Source: an uncultured Rikenellaceae bacterium
Lineage (GTDB): Bacteria; Bacteroidota; Bacteroidia; Bacteroidales; VadinHA17
Direction of reading: 5' to 3'
Assembly (NCBI GenBank): GCA_963802145.1
Contig: CAWDHN010000012.1
Span: 438,721 to 502,720 of the forward strand
DNA: 64,000 nucleotides
Below are positions 47,690-57,407 of this stretch, piece by piece. The stretch's first letter is position 1. Each line of letters starts with the position of its first letter. Position numbers and translations under genes: made by a program. The notes beneath the pieces were generated by a model that was not told where the DNA came from, did no database searches, and saw nothing but the letters and a program-made list of their open reading frames with translations.

Positions 47690-48130
47690 ATGACCAGATT
47701 AATTTGTTTTTGTGCAGTCTTAATTTTACTGTTTTCAGTCTCATGCGGCAACACCCAGAGTGATCAGCCCGTGAAAGCTTCAGGAACCTCAGCCCTTGTA
47801 TCCCCGGAGGTTAAACTTAACTCCGATCTGCAGGCCAAATTAGGATCATGGCTGGAGAAAGATGCTGAATGCTATGGAATAGTAGTAGGTTATTTTGCCG
47901 ATGGAAGTACCCTCGGCAAATCGGTCAAATGCAGGGTTGTCGCAATCAAGCCTGACAAAATAAAGATGAAGACCATTGAGAGTGTCAGTCTGCTTCCGGG
48001 AGAGGGATGCGATAAGATGGGACTGGCCTATGGTGACACATGGTGGGAGGAAGAGGGAGACATCTTCAGAACCCGTGAAGAGGCTGAAGCCTACATCATT
48101 GCGAAGGGCTGGACAAGAAAGCAGCCATAA
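47690..48130 (+). CDS. hypothetical lipoprotein
   Basis: Lipobox SVSC; no recognisable domain. Confidence 0.65.
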   Translation: MTRLICFCAVLILLFSVSCGNTQSDQPVKASGTSALVSPEVKLNSDLQAKLGSWLEKDAECYGIVVGYFADGSTLGKSVKCRVVAIKPDKIKMKTIESVSLLPGEGCDKMGLAYGDTWWEEEGDIFRTREEAEAYIIAKGWTRKQP

Positions 48131-48185
48131 ATCCCTTCTTCAATGAACTGGATAATCCCACTTATTTTTCTGTTTACGGTCTGGG

Positions 48186-48797
48186 ATGAATGATCAGGAA
48201 CTGGTAAAGGCCATTATCAGAGGGGATAATTGTGCCATGCGCGACCTGATATCGAAGTATCAGGATCTTGTGCTTAATACCTGCTATAAGGTTTTGCATT
48301 CGAGGGAAGACGCACAAGACATTGCCCAGGAGGTCTTTATAGAAACATACCGGTCTGCAGCGAGCCTGCGAAACGAAGAGAATATTTCATTCTGGCTCTA
48401 TCGTATTTCACTTAACAAGTCGATCAATCACCTTAAACGTTCCCAGAACATTCTTTTCCGGACAGTCCACCAGCTGGAATCAGTATTCCGTCCTGATATG
48501 ACCGGTAGTTCATCACCCGTTCCCCATTCCGATGATCATCCCGGTGAAATTCTTGAGGCTGCCGAGAGGCAACAGATGCTGTCGGCAGCAGTCGGTTCCC
48601 TGCCACCAAGGCAGCAAAAAGCCTTTATACTTTATTATTATGAGGAACTGGCCTATAAAGAGATCAGCGCCATTCTCGGGCTCTCGGGCTCTTCTGTTGA
48701 ATCACTTCTTTTCCGTGCCCGGGAGAATGTGAGGAAAAGATGCTGCCCGGACTTCCCGGTTAATAAGGAAATTAAAACTTTCAATCATGATACCTGA
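48186..48797 (+). CDS. ECF RNA polymerase sigma factor
   Basis: DAQDIAQEVF, WLYRI..N region 2; LP..Q...F.L...EEL.YKEI..ILG.S...VESLLFRAR region 4. Confidence 0.92.
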   Translation: MNDQELVKAIIRGDNCAMRDLISKYQDLVLNTCYKVLHSREDAQDIAQEVFIETYRSAASLRNEENISFWLYRISLNKSINHLKRSQNILFRTVHQLESVFRPDMTGSSSPVPHSDDHPGEILEAAERQQMLSAAVGSLPPRQQKAFILYYYEELAYKEISAILGLSGSSVESLLFRARENVRKRCCPDFPVNKEIKTFNHDT

Positions 48798-49311
48798 AAA
48801 GACAAACAGGATTTTGCTATGGCTTAACCTGGTTCTGCTCCTGGTTATCGCCTCTGCAGCCGTGACTTTTTTTGTAATGAAAAGTACAAATGAAAAGGTC
48901 AAGGCTGATACCGGCGTGATTAACTCCATGGACCTCCTTCGTAAGGAGCTTGGCCTGACTGATGACCAGTACAGAAAGGTTCTCGTGGAAAATGACCGTA
49001 CCACACGGACCTATAACATTGTCTTCGACATGTTGTGTGAAACAAATGTCGCAATGATTGAGGAACTGGCAAAAACCAACAGTGACCCTGCGGTACTCGA
49101 TAGCTTATCCAGAAAGGTGGGAACCCTGAGCACATCACTCCGGAGACACACAACTGACTATTTCATGAATCTTAAGGGGATATGCAATGAGGAGCAGCAA
49201 CAGAGGCTTACTCTCATCTTCAAGAGTATGATGCAGCTCGACGAGCAGTGCAAGACCTGCAACAAGAAGGACTGCCCGAGAAAGGAGCGCATCAATAACA
49301 TTGGAAAATAA
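48787..49311 (+). CDS. membrane-anchored periplasmic Spy/CpxP/CnrX-like sensor with Cys-rich tail
   Basis: One N-terminal TM; ELGLTDDQ and ICNEEQQQ (LTxxQ-like) motifs; C-terminal CKTCNKKDCP. Confidence 0.65.
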   Translation: MIPEKTNRILLWLNLVLLLVIASAAVTFFVMKSTNEKVKADTGVINSMDLLRKELGLTDDQYRKVLVENDRTTRTYNIVFDMLCETNVAMIEELAKTNSDPAVLDSLSRKVGTLSTSLRRHTTDYFMNLKGICNEEQQQRLTLIFKSMMQLDEQCKTCNKKDCPRKERINNIGK

Positions 49312-49375
49312 ATTTTTGCATTGACCGCAGGTTTTTGGTAAATGAGTTGTCTTTTTAACAGAAAGGAATAAACAG

Positions 49376-49711
49376 ATGACAGACCAGATCAGTGATCTTG
49401 CAGGAGGATTGAAAGGTATGCTTATCACAGCACCCGAATCATTCGCTGACGATGTGATGCATAAGATAGAATTGCAGAAAGAGGGTAGCTTCAGGTCGAT
49501 GCCGGTAGCTTCCCGGATTCTTGTATCAGTCATCATGATAGCCCTTTACTGCTCCCTCGGCATACTTCTCGGAGCAAAAGGTTATGAGGGTCTCAGGCCT
49601 GAAGAAGAGGCATCGTCCCATAAGGCACTTGTGGAACTTATGGAGTCACACCATATGAATTCTGACTTCCTCCATGACCAGTTATTTAAAAACCTGACCT
49701 CAACGAACTAA
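49376..49711 (+). CDS. small single-TM protein, putative anti-sigma factor
   Basis: AP.SFADDVM..I motif typical of anti-sigma N-domains, one TM, His-containing C-tail; in the sigma operon. Confidence 0.5.
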   Translation: MTDQISDLAGGLKGMLITAPESFADDVMHKIELQKEGSFRSMPVASRILVSVIMIALYCSLGILLGAKGYEGLRPEEEASSHKALVELMESHHMNSDFLHDQLFKNLTSTN

Positions 49712-49732
49712 CTTTTTACTATACCTGACCTT

Positions 49733-51649
49733 ATGAAAAAGCAAAACTGGTACAAATTACTTTATCAATTTGCAATTATCGGGATCCTTACGTTCATGGG
49801 TTTCCGACTGATATTCGATAAAGCCTATGCGCCTGATTTCGAGGCATACTGTCCATTTGGCGGACTGCAGGCACTTGGAAGCTACCTCACCATGGACTCA
49901 CTGTCATGCTCGATGACAAGCACACAGATAATGATGGGGGTGGTCCTGTTTATTGGCATTGTTCTTTTTTCCCGACTGTTCTGCGGGTACATATGTCCGC
50001 TGGGGACAATAGGGGAATGGATTGGTAAACTGGGCGACAGGCTTAAGGTAAGGTATACTCCCACAGGATTCGCCGACTATGCTCTCCGGCTGCCGAAGTA
50101 TGTCCTGCTCTTTGTGACATTTTATTTCACGCTTAAGTCGAGCGAGCTGTTCTGCAAGAAGTTCGATCCTTATTATGCCGTTGCTTCGGGATTTGATTCC
50201 GATGTTGCGCTGATGTGGGCCCTGCTCGCAATAGCTGCCCTCCTCATAGGATCGCTTTTCATCAGACTCTTTTGGTGCAGGTATCTTTGCCCCCTTGGAG
50301 CACTGTCAGCAATATTCAAATTCTCATGGTGGTTCCTGGGTGTGATGGGGCTATACGTGATCCTGATTTTGGTCGGGATTGATATATCATATATATATCC
50401 GCTTGTGGTGATCACAACCGGGGGATATATCCTTGAGGTGGCACGGATGAAAAAGGTATGGCCCGATCCGGTTCATATAACCCGTAATACATCAACCTGT
50501 ATTGACTGTGGTCTCTGCTCGGAAAAATGCCCCCAGGGTATTGACGTCGCTTCAATGAAGAAGGTAACTCATACTGACTGCACCCTGTGTGGCGATTGCC
50601 TCTATGTTTGCCCTGAGAAAAATACTCTTCAGATAAACAAAAGGAACATGAAGTGGCTCCCCGCAGCTGTGCTCGGCGCCCTGATAATAATCGGGATTTC
50701 GGCAGGTACATTTTTTGAACTGCCCACCATCGATCAGAAATGGGGTACTCCTGAGCAACTGAAGAGCGCAGGCGTCTTTGAGATGGAAGGACTGAAGAAC
50801 ATCAAGTGCTTCGGCAGTTCAACGGCTTTTGCAAACCAGATGAGAAGAGTGGAAGGCATCTACGGTGTTTCCACCTACGTGGCCAGCCATTCGGTGCATA
50901 TTCTTTATGATACCACCAGATACAACGAGGAGAAGCTGCAGCAGCTTCTTTTCGTGCCGGTCAAGAGAATTATTGAGCCTGTGGCAAGAGATGTTGACTC
51001 GGTGGTCTACTATACACTCACAATCGACAAGTTCTTCGATCCGCTTGATGCCACATACCTTCAGCATCTTCTTGACCAGAAGACAGATGCATGCGGCTAT
51101 CAGAGCGACTTTGCATGCCCGGTGATAGTACGCATTTACTTCCCGCAAGGCAAGGAGCCCGGTAAAGAGTCCCTGGTCCAGGCCATCGAATCAAAAAATC
51201 TGACCTTTACGGCCAATGACAATGAATTCAATGTCAAGCTGCCTTATAAGGTAATCACCTTCGAAGAACAGCCCGGAAAACTTTCAAAAGCTGATTATGC
51301 CTCGGCAATGTTCGTTCCCACAAGCTCACGGTTCAACGGCTTCTCAAACTTCTCCGATGACGTGGTCTCTCAGTACATACTAACTATGGGTCCGAATACG
51401 GCCCACAAAGCCAGGTACAGCTACCTTGTCAGCCATCTCTCCAATGACAGCGGGGTGATTGCCTTTGAGACAATGCTTGATTCAGTCGGGGCCGAACTGG
51501 GGGTGATCCATTTCGTTGACACGGTCACAGTGCCGGAAAACATCTTCTCAGCCGTAAACGCCGATACACTCGTATTCCATTACTCCGACGGCCGAACCGG
51601 TAAGCTTGCCAATCCTTTCCGATTCCCCGACCGTGGCACAGTGAAATAA
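49733..51649 (+). CDS. 4Fe-4S binding membrane protein (NapH/YccM-like) with C-terminal HMA-like domains
   Basis: CPFGG, FCGYICPLG, WCRYLCPLG, CIDCGLCSEKCP, CTLCGDCLYVCP; HMA-like EGLKNIKCFGS. Confidence 0.85.
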   Translation: MKKQNWYKLLYQFAIIGILTFMGFRLIFDKAYAPDFEAYCPFGGLQALGSYLTMDSLSCSMTSTQIMMGVVLFIGIVLFSRLFCGYICPLGTIGEWIGKLGDRLKVRYTPTGFADYALRLPKYVLLFVTFYFTLKSSELFCKKFDPYYAVASGFDSDVALMWALLAIAALLIGSLFIRLFWCRYLCPLGALSAIFKFSWWFLGVMGLYVILILVGIDISYIYPLVVITTGGYILEVARMKKVWPDPVHITRNTSTCIDCGLCSEKCPQGIDVASMKKVTHTDCTLCGDCLYVCPEKNTLQINKRNMKWLPAAVLGALIIIGISAGTFFELPTIDQKWGTPEQLKSAGVFEMEGLKNIKCFGSSTAFANQMRRVEGIYGVSTYVASHSVHILYDTTRYNEEKLQQLLFVPVKRIIEPVARDVDSVVYYTLTIDKFFDPLDATYLQHLLDQKTDACGYQSDFACPVIVRIYFPQGKEPGKESLVQAIESKNLTFTANDNEFNVKLPYKVITFEEQPGKLSKADYASAMFVPTSSRFNGFSNFSDDVVSQYILTMGPNTAHKARYSYLVSHLSNDSGVIAFETMLDSVGAELGVIHFVDTVTVPENIFSAVNADTLVFHYSDGRTGKLANPFRFPDRGTVK

Positions 51650-51677
51650 ATAGTAACCGATAACTGAAAGCAATCAT

Positions 51678-52562
51678 ATGTATGCAATAGAGTGCAAAAA
51701 CCTCACCCATTATTACGGACGTAAGCTTGTCTATGAGAACCTGAGCTTCAACGTGGAGGAGGGAAAGATACTGGGCCTCCTTGGCAAGAACGGCACAGGC
51801 AAATCGACGACCATCAATATTCTTAACGGCTTTTTACAACCGAACTCCGGCGAGTGCCTTATCTACGGAGAGAACACCCAGCTTCTCACTCCTGAAACAA
51901 AGAGAAGGATTGGCTTCCTGATCGAAGGCCATGTGCAGTATTCGTTTATGAATATCCATCAGATTGAAAAGTTCTATTCAGGCTTTTATCCCAACTGGAA
52001 CAGTGCCCCTTACTGGGAGCTTATGTCAAAGCTCAAGGTAACTCCGAAACAGAAAATCTCAACGATGTCATGTGGCCAGCGATCACAGGTGGCTTTGGGG
52101 CTTATTCTTGCACAGGACCCCGACCTGCTGATCCTTGACGACTTCTCCATGGGACTGGATCCGGGTTACAGGAGACTCTTCATTGACTATATGCGTGAGT
52201 ACGCCAAGGCCGAACACAAAACCGTCTTTGTTACTTCCCACATCATCCAGGACATGGAGAGGCTGATAGACGACGTCATGATAATGGATTACAACAAGAT
52301 ACTTGCCCAGCAGCCTATAGACCAGTTCATGTCCAGCTTCAGGCAGTTCAATATCACGCTGGCTTCACCTGAAGAAGAAATTGATATGGACGGAATTGCG
52401 GTTAACATCGATAAGGTGAAGGACAAAATTGAGTTCTACACCTACTCAAAGGAAGATGAAGTAAAAGGATACCTCAATGCAAAGGGGATAGCCTATACCT
52501 CATTCGACGAGAAAAAGATGTCACTTGAGGATGCATTTATCGGACTGACCCGTAAGTATTAA
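51678..52562 (+). CDS. ABC ATP-binding protein with variant motifs
   Basis: GKNGTGKST Walker A; signature MSCGQ; Walker B LLILDD; TSH. Confidence 0.9.
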   Translation: MYAIECKNLTHYYGRKLVYENLSFNVEEGKILGLLGKNGTGKSTTINILNGFLQPNSGECLIYGENTQLLTPETKRRIGFLIEGHVQYSFMNIHQIEKFYSGFYPNWNSAPYWELMSKLKVTPKQKISTMSCGQRSQVALGLILAQDPDLLILDDFSMGLDPGYRRLFIDYMREYAKAEHKTVFVTSHIIQDMERLIDDVMIMDYNKILAQQPIDQFMSSFRQFNITLASPEEEIDMDGIAVNIDKVKDKIEFYTYSKEDEVKGYLNAKGIAYTSFDEKKMSLEDAFIGLTRKY

Positions 52563-52579
52563 CCCTGAATTTTACCTCT

Positions 52580-53248
52580 ATGCTGAAATCATTAATATAC
52601 AAAGAATGGATCAAGATCAGGCTTGTAGTCTGGATTGCTTTGGGACTGAGTCTCGTGGCACTGATCAACATATTCCTCAAGGTACGTCATGATATTCTGT
52701 TTGTTGACGCTGCCAATTACTGGTACTCATTCCTTTTCAGGGGAGTTACTTTTTTCAGTATCCTCAAGTTCCTCCCATTTATAATAGGACTGGCCATTGC
52801 AATAGCCCAGTATTTCCCCGAAACGGTCAACAAGCGGATCAAGCTTACTTTCCATTTGCCGGTATCTGAGAACGGTGTTCTGATATGGATGCACACATTT
52901 GGAGCGCTTGTCATTTTAACAGTGTTTCTGGTGGTCCTCGCATTGTTCACCGCCGGCAGCGCCATCTTCTTTCCCTCAAACATCATCAGGGCCTCCCTGC
53001 TGACCATGATGCCATGGTTCCTTGGAGGGATGGCAACATACTTCCTTGTTGCCCTGATTCTGCTTGAACCGATGTGGATCTTCAGGGGGTTATACACCGC
53101 AGTGGCGGCAGGTTTTGTCACAGTCTTCTACACCAGTGCATCGATAGGTGCGTTCAAACCGGTACTTATGCCACTGGCACTCATCACACTGCTGTTAAGT
53201 TTAGTTGTGTTGTTTTCAGGTTACAGATTCAGGAAAGGAGAGATGTAA
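52580..53248 (+). CDS. ABC-2-like permease
   Basis: KEW.K start, AQYFPE..NKRIKLTFHLP, ~6 TM. Confidence 0.75.
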   Translation: MLKSLIYKEWIKIRLVVWIALGLSLVALINIFLKVRHDILFVDAANYWYSFLFRGVTFFSILKFLPFIIGLAIAIAQYFPETVNKRIKLTFHLPVSENGVLIWMHTFGALVILTVFLVVLALFTAGSAIFFPSNIIRASLLTMMPWFLGGMATYFLVALILLEPMWIFRGLYTAVAAGFVTVFYTSASIGAFKPVLMPLALITLLLSLVVLFSGYRFRKGEM

Positions 53249-53249
53249 G

Positions 53250-54497
53250 ATGATAAAGTTCAGCAGATACATACTTGTGGCTATTGGCATACTGGTTGCC
53301 TCCATCGTGTTGCCCTCATTGTTCTGGACAATCTTTGAAAAGGTGCCCAGATCACCCAATATATTTTATAGTTGCATTACCGAAGACTTTATCGTTGTCG
53401 ACGGTAGCATCAGGAAATCTCCTGAAGGAAGGGAATATACCTCTGACGAATACGAACAGGCACTTCCCTTCATGTTCTACCGGCAGCTTATGGCTGACGA
53501 TACAATGCCCGATACCATCAAAGGAGTGAAGATGGAGACACCCTCGATAGCCAGGGCTTCATCGTTCTACCGCTATACTCCCAAGAGGCTGGATGCTCCT
53601 GCACCAACGCTTTGGCCCTTGCTGGAATCTCAGAGCGGTAAGGTGAACCTGGCCATGCCCGAGGATTATTTCCGCATTGAAAAACGAATGGAATTCATCG
53701 TTGCCAGAACCAATGAGATCAATGAGGAAAAGAGCAGGCTCTTTACCGAAGCGCTCACGGCTGAAGGATTTATCTTTCCGGCAAATCTCATCGCCGGATT
53801 ACCGACAACAAGAAAGTCATGCGATGAGGGTTACTTTATCACTGATAACGAGGGGTCGCTCTTCCATGTGAAAATGATAAAGGGAGAACCTTACGTGGTT
53901 AGAATTGAAACCCCGGAAAAGCTTGACATTGTTTATATTGAAGCGGTTGACCTCAGAAGCAAAGAGTACTATTGTTATGTTTTTACAAGAAATCAGGGTA
54001 TATTTGTGATAATGGATGAGGTTTATGATCTTCAGCGGCTGCCCGTTGACGGTTTTGATCCTGCCATTCACACATTCAGGCTGAGCGCAGACCTGTTCAA
54101 CAAATGTATCACCATTCTTGGTGAAAACTGGTACGAGGCAATAGCTGTTGACGAAATGTATCAGGTAGTGGGAACACACGGGGAGAAATGGGAAGGCCTC
54201 TATGAGAGACCGGAGGGGAAAATGCTTGCCACATTATTTCCTTTCGAGATAAGAATGAAGGATGAAGATTCCTCCTTTGTGAGGTTCTACTTCAAACCTT
54301 CACCCGGCTTCATGTGGCTGATCTTCAACCTTATTGCTCTCATAGCTGTTATGCTGCTAATAACGAGGCGGGGGTGGTCACTGAAGGCAAACATTCCTGA
54401 TCTCCTGATAACCGCGGCGACTGGTATTTACGGACTGATAGCCACCCAGTTCTTTCCGAATAAGTTCAGCAAGGTGAAACCACCAACAAAAAAATGA
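53250..54497 (+). CDS. DUF4857-like membrane protein with large periplasmic domain
   Basis: N- and C-terminal TMs; LP..FYRQL, PL.ES.SG, DEGYF..D..G.LFH.KM..G; likely start ATG 53250. Confidence 0.7.
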   Translation: MIKFSRYILVAIGILVASIVLPSLFWTIFEKVPRSPNIFYSCITEDFIVVDGSIRKSPEGREYTSDEYEQALPFMFYRQLMADDTMPDTIKGVKMETPSIARASSFYRYTPKRLDAPAPTLWPLLESQSGKVNLAMPEDYFRIEKRMEFIVARTNEINEEKSRLFTEALTAEGFIFPANLIAGLPTTRKSCDEGYFITDNEGSLFHVKMIKGEPYVVRIETPEKLDIVYIEAVDLRSKEYYCYVFTRNQGIFVIMDEVYDLQRLPVDGFDPAIHTFRLSADLFNKCITILGENWYEAIAVDEMYQVVGTHGEKWEGLYERPEGKMLATLFPFEIRMKDEDSSFVRFYFKPSPGFMWLIFNLIALIAVMLLITRRGWSLKANIPDLLITAATGIYGLIATQFFPNKFSKVKPPTKK

Positions 54498-54501
54498 TGC
54501 C

Positions 54502-57391
54502 TTGAAAAAGCTTCTTTCCATCCTGGTATTGGTTTTTGCGGCCCTGACACTATCGGCCCAGACAAAGCCTTCGATGCAGGGAAAGATCATCTGCCGGACC
54601 ACCGGGGAACCGGTAACAATGGCTACCGTCGTTGTGAAAGAGCTTAATATCTGGGCAACGACAACAGATAACGGAGATTTTGTTCTGAAGACTGTCCCTC
54701 CGGGGAACTATACCCTGGTGGTCTCATGTCTGGGGTTTATACAGCATGAGCACAGTGTCATCTTCCCTTTGAGCGAGGAAAAGGTGACCATCATGATTGA
54801 TGAAGCCACCCTGGCAATAGAAGATGTCGTTGTCACGGCAAAGGAGGGACGGCGCATCGCTTCCGGGTCAGTGATAGAGCAGGCTGCCATTCAGCATGTT
54901 CAGCCTACCGACCTCTCCGATGTGCTTCAGCTGCTGCCCGGACAGACGGCGCTGAATCCTGACCTTTCAAAGCCGAAGCAGCTGACTGTCAGGGAGATCA
55001 TTCGCAAGGACGGTTATGTAAGTGATAATATGGCCAGCCTCGGGACACTGCTCGTTGTTGACGGTGCACCGGTATCAAACGACGCCAATATGCAGTTCCT
55101 TAAAACCACCGGTGCCTCAACGGGTGTTACGGCCGGGTTTGCCACCTCGGCATCCGGCGGAACTGATGTACGCCAGATTTCCGTTGACAACATCGAAACC
55201 ATAGAGGTTGTGAGAGGCATTGCAGGTGTTGAAAACGGTGACATGCTTAGCGGTGCGGTCAAGGTAACCATGAAGAAGGGAAAGACACCATTCACCGCAA
55301 AGATTAAAACTGACCCGGGCATTAAGCAGTTCTATGCAGGGAAAGGACTGTCACTTGGGGAGAAGGCAGGAACCCTTAATCTCGATTTTGACTATACCCA
55401 GTCATTTGACGACATCAGGTTAAAATACAAGACATTCAACAGACTGAACGGTGGCATCATTTACAACAATACCCTTTTCCGGGATTCAAAGCCCCTTACA
55501 TTAAGTCTTTCCGCAAGAGGGTACCAGACGGTTGATATGAACAAGAAAGATCCTGATATGCTTGATATTGAGGATTATGAAGCAAGAGACAAGGGGATAT
55601 CATTCAATCTGAATACCAAGTGGGCACTCAACTCACTGCTACTGACAAACCTCAATCTTATGGTCTCGGGAGACCTCCAGCATCAGGTGGGCCATGAGGT
55701 GACGCTTGAGGAGATACCTTCAGGTGCACAGCCTCAGCCTGTGGCTCTTGAGCCGGGAGAGAACCAGGTACCTATCCTTCCTTCATCATACATCAGCGAT
55801 CTTACGATTGACGGCAAACCATATTATTATAATGCCAGGCTCTCCGGCAACCGTTCCTTTAACATCGGTCATGTGCTCAGCAACGTTGTGGCAGGTGTTG
55901 AATGGAAGTTATATGGCAACGACGGGCTTGGCAGGGTTTATGATCTGTCACGGCCACCGGTGCCCACCGGAGGAACGGATGCCAGGCCAAGGTCATACAA
56001 GGACATCCCCTCGCTGGGCCAGCTGGCCTATTATGCCGAGGAGAACCTGGCTATACCCATCGGAAAAACAAGGCTGGACCTGCAGGCAGGAATAAGGTTC
56101 ACCAATGTTCAGCCTGACGGACTATTCAGCTCAAAGGAAGAGACAACTATGCTGGACCCGAGGTTCAATGCAAGATATACCGTTATTGACAAGGGGAAAA
56201 ATGCTATATCGCACCTGGCAATAAGAGGAGGGTACGGCCTCTTCTCAAAAGCCCCTTCACTTCTCTATCTCTATCCGGATAAAGCTTACTGGGACAAGAC
56301 AGGACTAAGCTATTATGACCCTGTTGCCCAGAGCGGCCTGTTCGTGGTGACTACAAAGATTTTCGAAGATCCACGCAACGAGAGCCTTGCGCCTGCAGTC
56401 AACAGGAAACTGGAAGCCGGTTTTGATATGACTGTCAGTGATATTGACATCAATGTCACCCTCTACTCCGAGAAGATGGAGAATGGATTTCAGCTTTGAG
56501 TCTTACTATGAGAATTTCATCTTTAACCGCTATACACAGCCTACTCAGAATGGCCTTGATCTCTATTTTGTGCCCGGATCCGGAGTATTCTATACCGACC
56601 CTGTAAGCGGAACGGAAATACAGCTTCCGGTCACGAATGATACAGTCTTCGTCAGTTTTACCTATCCGCAGAACGGAACCATGACAACGAAAAAGGGAGT
56701 TGAGTTTACCCTTGATCTGGGGACGGTGCAGGCGCTCAGGACATCCTTTATTGTTGACGGAGCATGGATGATGGTAAGAAGACAGGCAATAGTGGAGGAC
56801 TTAACAAAGCCTTCCTCGGGAAGCATCGGCGGAAAGGAGTACCCTCTGGTGGCTGTTTATCCTGCGGGCTACGGAAGCATAGACAAGCGTTTCAATACAA
56901 ATATCAGAACCATTACCCACATCAGGGAGCTTCGGATGGTTGCAACCATCACAACCCAGATAATATGGTTGGACCGTGACCAGAATGTCTGGGATGATCC
57001 TGATGGCAATCCCCTGTTCTATACCACTACTCCTGTTGATGATGTTTATGCGGACAAGATCTATCCGAAATACGTTGACCCGGTTGGCTATTATGACAGG
57101 CAGATGGTATATCATGACTTCGAACGTGAACTAGCGGTATCAAAACCCTATTCGGACTTGATAAAGCGTTATAATACACCCTGGTATTTTGCGGAAACGG
57201 GCTATCCGCCCTATTTTGTCATAAACTTCAAGCTTACCAAGGAGATAACAGATTACGTCAATATTTCTTTCTATGCAAATAACATTACCAACCATAATCC
57301 ACTGCTGAAACAGAGCGGCGGAGCGCCGGAAGTATATGCACGCAGGAATCCGCCGCTCTATTTCGGGGCAGAGTTGAAAATTAAGTTCTAA
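54502..57391 (+). pseudogene. TonB-dependent receptor with a +1 frameshift at ~56488-56490 (possibly an assembly error)
   Basis: Plug motifs (DVRQI..DNIE.IEVVRG) in 5' ORF; barrel end YFGAELKIKF in 3' ORF; GGATTTCAGC minus one T restores ENG-FSFESYY. Confidence 0.85.
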
Positions 57392-57407
57392 CCAATAATT
57401 ACAGAGT

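Noticed and set aside
54502-57391. Programmed frameshifting in the TonB receptor
   Set aside because: No canonical X XXY YYZ slippery heptamer or long homopolymer at the break; an error or simple mutation is more parsimonious
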